Counted from the first letter of the stretch, positions 11,852 through 22,368 are shown. The stretch is 64,000 bases of DNA from an uncultured Bdellovibrionales bacterium (GCA_964384235.1 CAYLJX010000003.1:72389-136388), one strand, 5' to 3'. Notes: generated by a model from the sequence alone, not told the origin. Numbers and translations: made by a program.

Positions 11852-11972
11852 GGATTTAAAATTCTGAGTGCAGTTCGAGGAAGAGTCGAGGAGTGAAGTA
11901 AGCCGTACTGATGCAAGTACGGCGTCGAGCACCGGAAACTCTGACAAAGAAATGCGCCAGAATTTGAAATCC
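11852..11972. repeat. Dispersed ~120-bp hairpin element family A, copy 1
   Basis: Imperfect terminal inverted repeats; 30-nt core AGTAAGCCGTACTGATGCAAGTACGGCGTC identical to 30305-30424 copy. Confidence 0.85.
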
Positions 11973-11974
11973 GT

Positions 11975-13207
11975 CTACTTTTTCATCTTCCGACGAATGA
12001 AGGCTGGAATCTCCAGGTCTTCTTCCTCCACCAGTTCCTTGGTCTCATGACGGACGGGAGCGGTGCGCGGCTGGATCTTCTCCTCGATGATCATGACCGG
12101 CTGCTCGATCTTGCGCGTGGGGAACACGATCTCTTCTTCCGGTTCCTCTTCGGGAAGCGTTTCTTCGGCTTCTTCGCGGGTGACGGAAAGGCGCGGCTTG
12201 GCGGCGGGTGTCACGCGGTTGGTGATGAGACCCAAGGAAGGCTCCTTGCGGGCGACATCGAAACCGGTCGCCACCACCGTGATCTGGATCTCACCCTTGC
12301 GGATCGTCTCGTCCATGACCGCGCCGAAGATGACTTTGGCATTGGGATCGATGTTTTCGGTGATGATATTGGCCGCTTCGTTGATCTCGAGCATGGCGAG
12401 GTCGCTCGAACCGGAAATATTGAAGAGCACGCCCTTGGCGCCGTCGATCGAAAGCTCGAGAAGCGGGCTGTTGATGGCGGCCTTGGCAGCTTCGGCGGCC
12501 CGGTTCTCACCGGAGGCGATACCGATACCCATGAGGGCGCTTCCGGAGTCTTCCATGATGGCGCGCACGTCAGCGAAGTCGACGTTCACGATACCGGGCT
12601 TGGTGATGAGGTCGGAGATACCCTGTACGCCCTGACGCAGCACGTCGTCGACGATGCGGAAGGCGTTCACGAGCGTCATCTTGCGGTCGATGATGGAGAG
12701 CAGCTTGTCATTAGGGATGGTGATGAGCGTGTCGACGCGGTCCTTGAGATTTTCGAGGGCCTCCTCGGCGATGGCACGCCGCTGCGATCCTTCGAAGGTG
12801 AACGGCTTGGTCACGACACCGACCGTGAGTGCGCCGAGTTCCTTGGCGGTCTCCGCGACGATCGGCGCGGCACCGGAACCGGTCCCGCCACCGAGACCGC
12901 AGGCGACAAACACCATGTCGGCCCCCTTGAGGACTTCCTGGATCTCATCACGGTTCTCCTCGGCCGCCTGGCGACCGATCTCCGGATTCATCCCGGCCCC
13001 GAGACCCTTGGTCAGGTTCTTGCCGATGTGCACTTTCTCCTGTGCCTTGGAATGATGCAGAGCCTGCGCATCGGTATTGATAGCGACGAACTCCACCCCC
13101 TTGATTTTGGCATCGATCATCCGGGAAATAGCGTTGTTTCCGGATCCCCCAACGCCCACGACTTTGATCTTGGCAAAGGTCTCGATATCGGGCTTGATTT
13201 CAGCCAT
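11975..13207 (-). CDS. ftsZ: Cell division protein FtsZ
   Basis: [27 protein letters not shown]-terminal LEIPAFIR; start set to MAEIKPD. Confidence 0.99.
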   Translation of the reverse strand: MAEIKPDIETFAKIKVVGVGGSGNNAISRMIDAKIKGVEFVAINTDAQALHHSKAQEKVHIGKNLTKGLGAGMNPEIGRQAAEENRDEIQEVLKGADMVFVACGLGGGTGSGAAPIVAETAKELGALTVGVVTKPFTFEGSQRRAIAEEALENLKDRVDTLITIPNDKLLSIIDRKMTLVNAFRIVDDVLRQGVQGISDLITKPGIVNVDFADVRAIMEDSGSALMGIGIASGENRAAEAAKAAINSPLLELSIDGAKGVLFNISGSSDLAMLEINEAANIITENIDPNAKVIFGAVMDETIRKGEIQITVVATGFDVARKEPSLGLITNRVTPAAKPRLSVTREEAEETLPEEEPEEEIVFPTRKIEQPVMIIEEKIQPRTAPVRHETKELVEEEDLEIPAFIRRKMKK

Positions 13208-13364
13208 ATGAGTGAAATGAGAAAAAATGATTCGTATGAAAAAACCCAAATCCGGAATTTCCTTGAAGCTCACTCTATCATACCAAAAGAAAGGGTGTCA
13301 AGAAAGTCCCTGCAGGAAACTGAGGGCGGAAAAAAGTTCTTTTTTTGTTTCTTTTGAGCTGTTT

Positions 13365-14621
13365 CTACGGCAGAAAACGCTTGGACCAGTGACGCACCTT
13401 ATCGAAAACGTCCTGCACTCCTTCCGGCATACCGGTCCACATCCTGTTCGGAACGAAACCCTTCTTCGTACTGTTCTGCTGCGCCAGAAGGACCAATCCG
13501 ACCGCCGTCGCGAATTGCGGGTTATCCACCTGGTCGAGGATACCGCCGAGAGCCTTCGGATATCCGACCTGAGCCGGCAACCGCAGGGTCTTCTTGGCAA
13601 GGTCGATCGTCCCAGGAAGAAGCGCTCCGCCGCCGGTGAGCACCGTACCGCCCGGAAGGAGTCCTTCGCGTCCGATGCTCTTGAGCTCGCCGTTCACGAA
13701 CGTGAAGATTTCCTCAAGGCGCGCCTCGATGATCTCGGCCACATGGCGTCGTGAGACCAATCCTTCCTCCTGCGAATCGAACATGCCGAGATCGATCTCA
13801 TCTTTCTTGTTGATCTCTTCGGGGAGAGCCGATCCATACTGGAGCTTGACCGCCTCGGCCACCTCGATCGACGTCCGCAATCCGATGGCGATGTCGTTGG
13901 TGATATGTCCGGCGCCGACGGGCAGGACGGAAAGATGCAGCAGGTCGCTGTCTTCGAACACCGCGAGTGATGTCGTGCTGCCGCCGATATTGATGAGCAC
14001 CACGCCGAGTTCCTTCTGCTTCCCGGAAAGGACGGCCTCCGCCGACGCAAGCGGTTCCACGACGAAACTCTCCGCACTCGTCCCGGCCGTCTCCAGCGTC
14101 CGGGTGATGTTCTTGAGATGAGATGTGCTCCCGCTGATGACCAGAGCGTTCATCTCGAGGCGCACCCCGCGCATCCCCAAGGGATTCTTGATATTCTTCT
14201 GGTCATCGAGACGATAGTCCTTCGGGATGACATGGATGATCTCGCGGTTGAGCGGCATGGTGAGGCGCGCCTGCACTTCTTCCAGGACACGCGTCATATC
14301 ATCCTCTGCTACCTCGCCGTCCGCCCGACCGACGGCCACCACCCCGAGGGCGTCCTGGCAGGCGATCTCCGTTCCCGAAACGCTCACCGTCACGCTCTCG
14401 GCCGGATGCCCCGCCATGCGTTCCGCGTGTTCGAGTGCGGCGTTGACCGACTTGGCCACCGCCTCGGTATCAACGACCGTTCCACGGCGGATACCGGCCG
14501 AAGGAACGACGCCGACCCCGACGACGCGAAGCGGCTCCTCGGGAGAAACCTCCTGGGCGATGATGGCACGCACATCGGAAGAACCGATATCGAGTCCGAC
14601 GTAGTAAAGCCCTTTGGACAT
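13365..14621 (-). CDS. ftsA: Cell division protein FtsA
   Basis: VGLDIGSS, NPLGMRGVRLE, HITNDIA, VLTGGG. Confidence 0.97.
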   Translation of the reverse strand: MSKGLYYVGLDIGSSDVRAIIAQEVSPEEPLRVVGVGVVPSAGIRRGTVVDTEAVAKSVNAALEHAERMAGHPAESVTVSVSGTEIACQDALGVVAVGRADGEVAEDDMTRVLEEVQARLTMPLNREIIHVIPKDYRLDDQKNIKNPLGMRGVRLEMNALVISGSTSHLKNITRTLETAGTSAESFVVEPLASAEAVLSGKQKELGVVLINIGGSTTSLAVFEDSDLLHLSVLPVGAGHITNDIAIGLRTSIEVAEAVKLQYGSALPEEINKKDEIDLGMFDSQEEGLVSRRHVAEIIEARLEEIFTFVNGELKSIGREGLLPGGTVLTGGGALLPGTIDLAKKTLRLPAQVGYPKALGGILDQVDNPQFATAVGLVLLAQQNSTKKGFVPNRMWTGMPEGVQDVFDKVRHWSKRFLP

Positions 14622-14730
14622 ACGAGATTGAAAGCGCTATTGCAAAAAGGAAACCAGGAGCTTCAAGGACGAAGCTCTGTAGTCCTTATTATACCCCGAA
14701 AGGTTTTTGCTGCAAAGCGGATCCCGTCCT

Positions 14731-15084
14731 TTACAGGGCTATGAGATATGGCGAGAAGATGATGAGACCGATGATCAGGGCGGCGATCGAAGTCAGAAGG
14801 ACTGCTCCCGCCATCATATCCTTGATGACCTTGGCATAAGGATGGACGCGCGGCTTGAGGATATCCATCACCCGTTCCAGGGCCGTGTTCACGAGTTCCA
14901 GCGAAAGCACCCCCACGATGGCGAAGATGAGTATCGCCCGCTCCCCCGCCGAAAGCGGCAAGACGATCATCAATATCCCGACGATCGCGGCCACCACGCA
15001 TTCGATCTGGAAATTCCGCTCCCGACGAAGCGCGAACAGGATTCCCTTGAACGCGTACCGGAAACTCTTCACGATGCGACTCAT
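14731..15084 (-). CDS. dgkA: Diacylglycerol/undecaprenol kinase family
   Basis: SFRYAFKG, ERNF, ELVNTALE, KDMMAGAVL. Confidence 0.93.
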   Translation of the reverse strand: MSRIVKSFRYAFKGILFALRRERNFQIECVVAAIVGILMIVLPLSAGERAILIFAIVGVLSLELVNTALERVMDILKPRVHPYAKVIKDMMAGAVLLTSIAALIIGLIIFSPYLIAL

Positions 15085-15095
15085 ATTCGATACTG

Positions 15096-15560
15096 CTAGT
15101 GTTTGTTTTTTTTCATCATCTCCGACGTGACGGTATCCTGGATTCCGAACATCTCGTCACTGTGATCGAACCCGAGGAGGTGAAGCACGCCATGGGAGAA
15201 GATATATGCCATCTCGTGTTCGGCAGTCACCTCGTCTTCCTCGGCGGCCGAGAGGATATAATCGGTGCAGAAAATGAGGTCTCCGAGGAAGATCTCATCC
15301 TCCTTGTTTGCTTCCAGTATAGCGGTATTCTCGAATTCTCCAAAAGACAGGATGTCCGTCACGGTATCCTTTCCGCGGTACTGCGCATTGAGGGCGCGGA
15401 TTTTTTCTTCCGTCACGGACACCGCGTTCACGGACACCTTTTTCTTGGCCAGGAGCCCCGGCAAACCGGCCTGCTCGCATGTTTTCAGAGCGATGGTCCG
15501 CAGGAAATCCTCCTCGAAAGGAGTCGGGGCTTCGGGCGTGAAAGACAGGACTACCCGCAT
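15096..15560 (-). CDS. ybeY: rRNA maturation RNase YbeY
   Basis: LNAQYRGKDTVTDILSF, HGVLHLLGFDH. Confidence 0.97.
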   Translation of the reverse strand: MRVVLSFTPEAPTPFEEDFLRTIALKTCEQAGLPGLLAKKKVSVNAVSVTEEKIRALNAQYRGKDTVTDILSFGEFENTAILEANKEDEIFLGDLIFCTDYILSAAEEDEVTAEHEMAYIFSHGVLHLLGFDHSDEMFGIQDTVTSEMMKKNKH

Positions 15561-15563
15561 ACC

Positions 15564-16016
15564 CTATGACAGGAGACTCTCCACGACGGCGCGCACCTCG
15601 TCACCGGTCGCACGACCCGTGACTTTCTTCATCGCGGCTCCCATCACCTTGCCCATGTCTCCTTTCGATGTCGCGCCGGTTTCCTTGATCGTTTCTTCCA
15701 CGATCGCACGCAGTTCCGCTTCCGGCATGCTCGCCGGAAGATACCCTGACAGGAGTTCCAGCTCGGCCTGTTCCTGCGCTGCCAGATCCTCCCGTCCTCC
15801 GGCCCGGTACTGCTCGATGCTGTCCTTCCGCTGCTTGACCATCCGGCGGATCACCTCGACGATTTCCTCGTCAGAAAACTCGGCCGCCGGCTTGCGCTTA
15901 TCGATGGCCGCATTTTTCACGGCGCTCTGAAGAAGACGGAGCGTATCACGCCTCGCCGTATCACCCGACTTCATGGCTTCCTTTAGCTGGTCCCCGATGG
16001 TTTGGAAGAGAGACAT
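15564..16016 (-). CDS. GatB/YqeY domain protein
   Basis: LKEAMKSGD, KQRKDSIEQY, DMGKVMG. Confidence 0.95.
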   Translation of the reverse strand: MSLFQTIGDQLKEAMKSGDTARRDTLRLLQSAVKNAAIDKRKPAAEFSDEEIVEVIRRMVKQRKDSIEQYRAGGREDLAAQEQAELELLSGYLPASMPEAELRAIVEETIKETGATSKGDMGKVMGAAMKKVTGRATGDEVRAVVESLLS

Positions 16017-16092
16017 AACGTGGAAGAGTTATTGTTTTATAATCGCATAGCTCCACCAAAGACGATGAAACTATGCAGACAAGAAAACAAAT

Positions 16093-16347
16093 TTAGCGAT
16101 TCAATTTCTTCTTGATGTCGCGGAGCGCCTCATCATCGAACTTGCCCATCTTCTTCAGACGGTCGATTTCCTTGCGGATCTTCACTTTGTAGAGGGCTTC
16201 GGAGCGACGCTTGTCACGGCTCTGTTCTTCGGCACGGAAACGCAGTTTGCGGACGCGCTTCAAGACGCCGCTCTGCTGCACGCGGCGCGAAAAACGCCGA
16301 ATGAGACTTTCAGCGGTTTCCCGTTCCTTTCGTTTTACCTGGATCAT
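16093..16347 (-). CDS. rpsU: 30S ribosomal protein S21
   Basis: Basic 84 aa, ESLIRRFSRRVQQSGVL; hit-rpsU-yqeY order. Confidence 0.8.
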   Translation of the reverse strand: MIQVKRKERETAESLIRRFSRRVQQSGVLKRVRKLRFRAEEQSRDKRRSEALYKVKIRKEIDRLKKMGKFDDEALRDIKKKLNR

Positions 16348-16441
16348 AGAAAAACCTCCTTTCTCAAGCTAGCTTGTAGCTTCTTAGCTTTTAGCTTTCA
16401 AGAAAACCAAGAGCAAAGAAACCGCAAACGTAAAACTTCTA

Positions 16442-16795
16442 TCAATTAATGGGATGAATATTCTCCGAGAGTCTCGCCCCACCGATGAGATGTAGGTGGA
16501 GATGTGGAATCTCCTGCCCGCCATCTCTTCCGACCCGAAATAAGAGCTTATACCCTTTTTCGGAAATTTTCAAGTCCCGGGCGATATCGCGGGCCACGAG
16601 GAACATCTTCCCGACGATCCGCTCATCCCCGTCCGCCATCTCGGCGATCGAGACGATCAGCTTTTTCGGAACGATGAGAACATGGACCGGAGCGATCGGA
16701 TGGATGTCATGGAACGCCATCAGCTCGTCATCCTCGTAAAGGAATTCCTTCGGAATCTCACGGTCACGGATTTTTTCGAAGACGGTCTTTTCCAT
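16442..16795 (-). CDS. Histidine triad (HIT) nucleotide-binding protein
   Basis: FHDIHPIAPVHVLIVPK, GQEIPHLHLHLIGG. Confidence 0.96.
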   Translation of the reverse strand: MEKTVFEKIRDREIPKEFLYEDDELMAFHDIHPIAPVHVLIVPKKLIVSIAEMADGDERIVGKMFLVARDIARDLKISEKGYKLLFRVGRDGGQEIPHLHLHLIGGARLSENIHPIN

Positions 16796-16804
16796 ACATG
16801 ATCG

Positions 16805-18295
16805 TTACATGGACTCCTCATCAGTGATTTTCGCGATAGGAGGCAAGGTACCGAGCGCCTGATTGCTCTTCAGGATCTTTTTCACCGCATCCACGAGTCT
16901 CGCCTGGGTCACGGTTTCCTGCGTGCCGGACACCATGTCCTTGACGATGACCGTCTCGTCGAGCGCCTCTTTCTGACCGATGATGAGCGTGATCTCGACA
17001 CCGAGACGGTTGGCGACACGAAGCTGCGATTTGAGACTGCCGCGACCGAAGCTCTCCGCGATGAGGATACCGTTCTTCTCGAGTTCCGAGAACAGCTTGA
17101 GACTCTTCTTCTTGGCCATGTCGCCGAGCTGCGCGAGGAAGACGCGGGCCTTCGGCTGCTCGTAGGGCTTCACCTGGGTGCGCTTCATTTCCAACACGAT
17201 GCGGTCGAGGCCGAGACCGAAACCGATGGCCGACGTCGCCTCCCCACCCATCGACTCCACCAGGCGGTCATAACGGCCGCCGCCGCCGAGCGAGTAGCTT
17301 TTGCCTTCCTTGTCGGAAGAGCGGATCTCAAACACCGTCCGGGTGTAATAGTCGAGACCGCGCACCAGACGGGTATTGATGGAATACGGAAGCTCCAGCT
17401 CGTCGAGATACTCGAGGAGCCGCTTGAAATGCTCGCGTGATTCCGGATCGAGATAGTCCAGGGACTGCGGCGCGTGAGCGGTGAGCTGGATGCACTTGTC
17501 TTCCTTACAGTCGAGGATGCGCATCGGGTTGCTCGTCAGGCGCTCGCGGCAGTTCTGACAGAGCTTGTGCTTCTGCGATTCGAGATACCGCACCAGGGCC
17601 TTCTCATAGTCGCGCCTCGTCTCCGGCATACCGATGGAGTTCACCTGGAACTCGATGTTCTTGAGCCCCAGAGACTGCACCACGCGGTAGGCGAGCTGGA
17701 TGGTCTGGGCGTCGAGTACCGGGTCGCTCTCCCCGAACATGTCGAAGTTGGCCTGCCAGAATTCGCGGTATCGACCCTCCTGCGGACGGTCATAGCGGTA
17801 GACCGGTCCCATCGAAAAGAGGCGTACCGGCTTGGGCAGGACTCCCATGCCGTGCTCGATGAAAGCACGGGCGATGCTTGCGGTGAACTCCGGACGGAGC
17901 GCCACCTTGTCGCCGCCTCGGGTCGTGAAGAGGTACATCTCCTTGTCCACGATGTCCGTCCCCTCTCCCACCGAACGGGTGAAGAGATGCGCGTATTCGA
18001 CGAGCGGCGTATCGATCCGCTGAAAACCGTACTCGGTCGAGGCATGGGTGAGCACCTTGCGCACCCGCTCCCAGTACGGCTGCTCGTCCGGCAGGATGTC
18101 GCGCATCCCACGAAGCGCCTGGAGAAGCATCTCTTCCTGACTGGCCTGCGGCGTCGCGACCTTTTTGGCGATGGCACGCTTGGTCGAAAGCGTTTCGGTC
18201 TTCTTGCCGGAAGGTTTCTTCGAGACGGTCTTTTTCGCCGACTTCTCCTTCGCCTTCACGACTGCCTTGCTATTGGAAGCTTTTTTCTGAGCCAT
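16805..18295 (-). CDS. hisS: Histidine--tRNA ligase
   Basis: RGMRDILP, LRPEFTA, RYDRPQEGRYREF, LVRGLDYY, GGGRYD; Lys-rich N-terminal extension. Confidence 0.98.
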   Translation of the reverse strand: MAQKKASNSKAVVKAKEKSAKKTVSKKPSGKKTETLSTKRAIAKKVATPQASQEEMLLQALRGMRDILPDEQPYWERVRKVLTHASTEYGFQRIDTPLVEYAHLFTRSVGEGTDIVDKEMYLFTTRGGDKVALRPEFTASIARAFIEHGMGVLPKPVRLFSMGPVYRYDRPQEGRYREFWQANFDMFGESDPVLDAQTIQLAYRVVQSLGLKNIEFQVNSIGMPETRRDYEKALVRYLESQKHKLCQNCRERLTSNPMRILDCKEDKCIQLTAHAPQSLDYLDPESREHFKRLLEYLDELELPYSINTRLVRGLDYYTRTVFEIRSSDKEGKSYSLGGGGRYDRLVESMGGEATSAIGFGLGLDRIVLEMKRTQVKPYEQPKARVFLAQLGDMAKKKSLKLFSELEKNGILIAESFGRGSLKSQLRVANRLGVEITLIIGQKEALDETVIVKDMVSGTQETVTQARLVDAVKKILKSNQALGTLPPIAKITDEESM

Positions 18296-18313
18296 ACGAT
18301 CTCATGAAAAGTA

Positions 18314-18946
18314 TTAATAAATCGAGAACCGACCGACCGGCCACGCCCGCAGCAATACTCGTCCGATAATCTTGTCCTCCTTGATCGGACCGATGGCCCG
18401 CGAGTCATAGCTGAACATCCGGTTGTCTCCCATCATGAAGTATTCGTTCTCTCCCAGCTTCATCTTCGGCATATCCTGAGTCAGGATATTCGGAGAGAGA
18501 TAGGCACTCTCATCGAGCACGAAACCGTCCGGATGGATATCGTTCGTGATGATCACCTTGCCGCGCCGGATCTCCACCGTCTCACCGGGAAGCCCGATGA
18601 CGCGCTTGATGAAATACTGCTCCGGATTCTTGGGATAGTGGAACACGGCGACCTCCTGGCGTCCGATAGTCTTGAACGGCTTGACGACGAACCCCCTGGT
18701 ATCGCCGAGTGACACGTCCGTCTGCTTGTAACCGAACTCGCTGATCACCAGGTATTCGCCGTCCTCGAAGTTCGGCTCCATGCTCGATCCCTGGACAAAA
18801 AACGGCTGGAACAAAAAGACCCGAACCGGTATAATGATGACTACGGCCAAGAGAAAAACCTTGACCATCTCCATGAGCAGACCTCCGATGCCCAGATAGG
18901 CCGGCTCCTCCTCAGGCTGCGAGAAATTGTGCGGGTACTCTCCCAT
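18314..18946 (-). CDS. lepB: Signal peptidase I
   Basis: GSSMEPNF, FIKRVIGLPGE, GDNR..SYDSR; start set to MGEYPH. Confidence 0.96.
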   Translation of the reverse strand: MGEYPHNFSQPEEEPAYLGIGGLLMEMVKVFLLAVVIIIPVRVFLFQPFFVQGSSMEPNFEDGEYLVISEFGYKQTDVSLGDTRGFVVKPFKTIGRQEVAVFHYPKNPEQYFIKRVIGLPGETVEIRRGKVIITNDIHPDGFVLDESAYLSPNILTQDMPKMKLGENEYFMMGDNRMFSYDSRAIGPIKEDKIIGRVLLRAWPVGRFSIY

Positions 18947-19058
18947 ATTTTCCCTCCATATTACGCTAAAAACAGGCAAAAACACTTGCATTGTAACAGA
19001 TTTTTGATGCCAAAGCAAGGGTGTCCTCCGCCTGAAAAAACCTTCTTTCTCGCCTCAT

Positions 19059-20672
19059 ATGGACAGCCTCCGCAGAATCCCACCCCAAAGAGCCCAGCGA
19101 GGCAAAGAAAAGCCGAAACCGAGACGTTTCGCTCTTCCTCCGAAGGAATCATTGCCGTATCCTCCTGAGATTCCCGCTCCGAAATCCGAACCCTCGAAAC
19201 GGTCCGTGTCCCGCTTTTTCCGGGTCGCATTTTTGTCCCTGTTTTTCGCTTTTCTCGGCGTCGCGCTCCTCGCCGGCCTCTTCATCGTCTTCAAAGGGTT
19301 TTCCATCGGAAAAAAGATCTCTGTCGTCAACGACAACGCCCCTTCCCTCCTCTCCCAGATCAAAAGCCTGACGACGACCTGGCTCACCGATACGCGTGTA
19401 CCCCTTCGAGGCGAAGAAGGCGGCCGCATCAACATCCTCCTCCTCGGCCGGGCCGGCGAACACTACCCCGGCAGAAATCTCACCGATACCGTCATGGTGA
19501 TGAGCATCGACACCGAGACCAAGAAGGTCGCGCTTCTCTCATTGCCGCGCGACCTCTACGTGCCCATCGCCGACACCGCCCTCTACACCAAACTGAACTC
19601 CGTCTACCAGTACGGCCTCGGCAACCAGGACGGACCGGAGACGATCCGTGGCACCATCGAGGAAGTGACCGGGCTTCCGCTTCACTACTTCGCCATCCTC
19701 GATTTCGACGGTTTCGAACAGGCGGTCGATGCCATCGGCGGCATCTCAGTGGACGTCGTACGCGATTTCTACGATCCACGCTACCCGGGCAAGAACTACA
19801 GCTACGAGACCTTTGAGATCAAGAAGGGCTGGCAGGAGCTCGATGGCAAGACAGCACTCAAATATGTGCGCGAACGTCACAACGATCCGGAGGGAGACTT
19901 CGGCCGTGCCAAACGCCAGCAGCAGGTGATCCAGGCCATCAAGGAAAAAGCGTTCTCGACCGGGACATTCCTCAACGTCTTCGCCCTCAACCGGCTCCTC
20001 GACACGCTTGGTGAAAACGTCATGACCGACATGACGCTCGACGAAATGCAAAGTTTCCTCGAACTGACGAAAACGCTCGATACCCGGAATGTCACCTCGT
20101 TCGTCGTCGATGCCTGGAAACGTGACAGTCTGCTCCGTGTCTCGCACCTGGAGCTTGGCGGCGTACGTGCCTTCATCCTCGTACCGCGCACCGGCAACTG
20201 GAGCGAGATCCATGACGTCGCGCAAAGTATCTTCTCGCTCGACGAGCTGAAGAAACGCCGCGAACGGATCGCTTCCGAAGAGCCTTCTCTCCTGGTCCTG
20301 GCGAGCCCCGACGCCCTCGCCGCCGCACAGAAATTCGCCCGCCTCGCCAAGGACGAGAGGGGTTTCCAAGAGACCGCCGTACGGACAGTGAAAGCGTTGG
20401 CTGAAACGCCGGAAAAGAGTATCATAAGAGACGACACAGGTCTCGGGAAGCCCTACAGTCTCGATGAGCTCCTGAAAAAGTTTCCTCTGGAGAAAAGCGA
20501 TACGCTCCCCTACGATGTTCCCGCCGGTATCCATCCCGATTTCGTCGTCGTCTTCGGCCAAGACCTCCGGGACGCTCTCGACTTCGATGAGACGGCCTCC
20601 GACGAGACGGTCCTCCAAAACGACAACGATTTCTCCGAACCCCTGACTCCGCAGGAAAAGAAGAAGCGTTAA
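19059..20672 (+). CDS. LCP (LytR-CpsA-Psr) family protein
   Basis: TM segment then NILLLG, TDTVMV, SLPRDLYV, GDFGRAKRQQ. Confidence 0.95.
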   Translation: MDSLRRIPPQRAQRGKEKPKPRRFALPPKESLPYPPEIPAPKSEPSKRSVSRFFRVAFLSLFFAFLGVALLAGLFIVFKGFSIGKKISVVNDNAPSLLSQIKSLTTTWLTDTRVPLRGEEGGRINILLLGRAGEHYPGRNLTDTVMVMSIDTETKKVALLSLPRDLYVPIADTALYTKLNSVYQYGLGNQDGPETIRGTIEEVTGLPLHYFAILDFDGFEQAVDAIGGISVDVVRDFYDPRYPGKNYSYETFEIKKGWQELDGKTALKYVRERHNDPEGDFGRAKRQQQVIQAIKEKAFSTGTFLNVFALNRLLDTLGENVMTDMTLDEMQSFLELTKTLDTRNVTSFVVDAWKRDSLLRVSHLELGGVRAFILVPRTGNWSEIHDVAQSIFSLDELKKRRERIASEEPSLLVLASPDALAAAQKFARLAKDERGFQETAVRTVKALAETPEKSIIRDDTGLGKPYSLDELLKKFPLEKSDTLPYDVPAGIHPDFVVVFGQDLRDALDFDETASDETVLQNDNDFSEPLTPQEKKKR

Positions 20673-20706
20673 CCCGTATTCAATCGTTCAGTATCAGAAG
20701 TAATTT

Positions 20707-20833
20707 TTTTCCGACTCGCCAAACTCGAACGCTCTTTCGGTTCCCAAAAAAGTCCGCCCCCGGTCAACGGCGGAGAAGCCGACTTTTTTGAACCGAAAGG
20801 CCTTCTCGGACAGTGCCGAGTTCGGCGAAAAAA
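20707..20833. repeat. Long nested palindromic element
   Basis: CTTTCGGTTC...AAAAAAGTC / GACTTTTTT.GAACCGAAAG nested inverted repeats framed by AAACTCG...GACAG. Confidence 0.6.
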
Positions 20834-20870
20834 TTCTTCTGACACTGAACGTTAACTCCCTCAGTCTCAT

Positions 20871-21425
20871 ATGAAACTCATCATCGGTCTCGGCAATCCC
20901 GGCAAAGAATACGAAACCACCCGACACAACGCGGGGTTCTTGGCATTGGATTTTCTAGGAAAGGAATGGGGTTTCAACGATTTCCGCGAGGAAAAGAACT
21001 TTCAAAGCGAGATAGCGACTGGAACACGAGACGGGGAGAAGATCCTCCTCGTGAAGCCTCTCGTCTTCATGAACCATTCCGGCGAGGCCGTACAGAAGAT
21101 CCTCGCCTACTACAAGCTCACCCCCGCCGACATCGCCATCCTCCACGACGATCTCGACATCGCGCCGGGCGAGATCCGTCTCACTGATTCGTCGCGCGCT
21201 GCCGGACACAACGGCGTCCAGGACATCATCGACCGCCTCGGCACACAGGACTTCTTCCGCATCCGCATCGGCATCGGCCGGCCGACAGAGACACTCGGCG
21301 CCTGCATACCATCACATGATTACGTCCTCCAGAAATTCTCTTCGGAAGAACTGAACAACCTTGAGAAACTCTTTCCAAGAATACAAGACGAGATTCTTCG
21401 ATGGCTTGGAAAGTCAGATACGTAG
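20871..21425 (+). CDS. pth: Peptidyl-tRNA hydrolase
   Basis: LIIGLGNPGKEYETTRHNAG, HDDLD, GHNG, RIRIGIGRP. Confidence 0.98.
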   Translation: MKLIIGLGNPGKEYETTRHNAGFLALDFLGKEWGFNDFREEKNFQSEIATGTRDGEKILLVKPLVFMNHSGEAVQKILAYYKLTPADIAILHDDLDIAPGEIRLTDSSRAAGHNGVQDIIDRLGTQDFFRIRIGIGRPTETLGACIPSHDYVLQKFSSEELNNLEKLFPRIQDEILRWLGKSDT

Positions 21426-21450
21426 ATTGCTAAAAGAATTTTTTTCGCAC

Positions 21451-21478
21451 AAAAAAACTCCCGTAACAGGGAGTTTTT
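21451..21478. terminator. Bidirectional terminator
   Basis: AAAAAAACTCCC-gtaaca-GGGAGTTTTT. Confidence 0.8.
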
Positions 21479-21616
21479 GTTTCAAGTCTTGGATTTCCGC
21501 CCTGTAGCCGACGAAGCGCTGAAAAATCAGTACTTCATACATTTCAGCCAAAAAAGGCTAGGAGGGATGCCTTTCTTCGCCCTGGGACGGAAATCCAAAA
21601 CCTGAATTTCAAAGAA
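21451..21616 (-). ncRNA. Candidate stand-alone structured small RNA (~165 nt)
   Basis: Promoter TTGACA-17-TATACT at 21622-21650, ~22-bp closing stem (21481-21502 with 21585-21606), terminator at 21451-21478; no convincing ORF. Confidence 0.55.
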
Positions 21617-21660
21617 GTTCCAGTATAGCAAAAAATCTGATTCTTGTCAAGAGACAAAAG

Positions 21661-21685
21661 AAAACCCCGACTTTCATCGGGGTCT
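21661..21685 (-). terminator. Terminator after rplY
   Basis: AGACCCCGA...TCGGGGTTTT then T-rich. Confidence 0.7.
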
Positions 21686-21702
21686 GGAATCTTTGAGAAA
21701 TA

Positions 21703-22368
21703 CTATTTCTTCTCTTCCGCAGGGGCTTCGGCGGGGGTTTCCTTGACAACACCTTCCACCTTGGTCACGTCGGCTTCCACCTTCTCAGAGAGGGCCTCGA
21801 GTTCGGCCTGGGTGCGGGGCGCTTCGACGAGCGCGACCACCGTGTCGGCCTCGGCGAGGATTTCCACCTTGTCGGACACCTTCAGGTCCTTCACCTTAAG
21901 CTGGTCATCGAACGTCTTGAGCAAGGAGAGATCGATCTCGATCGAGTGCGGGAGATCGGCCGGGAGACACTTCACGACGACTTCCTCGAGCGGATGCACC
22001 AGGACACCGCCCAGTTCGCGGACCGCCGGCGCCTCGCCGACGAATTCGAGCGGCACGTGCGCTTCGAGCTTCTCATTCATGCGCACCTGGAAAAAATCAA
22101 TGTGCGAGAAACGGTTGGAGAGCGGGTCAAGCTGCACCTCATGTACCAGGACATTGGCTTTCTTACCGCCTTCGAGCTGGAGCTCGATGATGCTCGATTC
22201 TCCGGCCTTGGCATACGTTTTGGAGAACTCGAGGTAGTTCACCCAGAGAATCTCCGGCGTGATGCCGTGTCCGTACATGACCGCCGGGATGAGCCCGTTC
22301 TTGCGGGACGTTTCCAGGTCCTTCTTGGCCTTCTCGCGCTTCTTTACTGCCAGTGTGAATTCCGCCAT
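21703..22368 (-). CDS. rplY: 50S ribosomal protein L25 (Ctc-type)
   Basis: GLIPAVMYGHG, EVQLDP, HIDF, acidic tail; start set to MAEFTL. Confidence 0.95.
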   Translation of the reverse strand: MAEFTLAVKKREKAKKDLETSRKNGLIPAVMYGHGITPEILWVNYLEFSKTYAKAGESSIIELQLEGGKKANVLVHEVQLDPLSNRFSHIDFFQVRMNEKLEAHVPLEFVGEAPAVRELGGVLVHPLEEVVVKCLPADLPHSIEIDLSLLKTFDDQLKVKDLKVSDKVEILAEADTVVALVEAPRTQAELEALSEKVEADVTKVEGVVKETPAEAPAEEKK

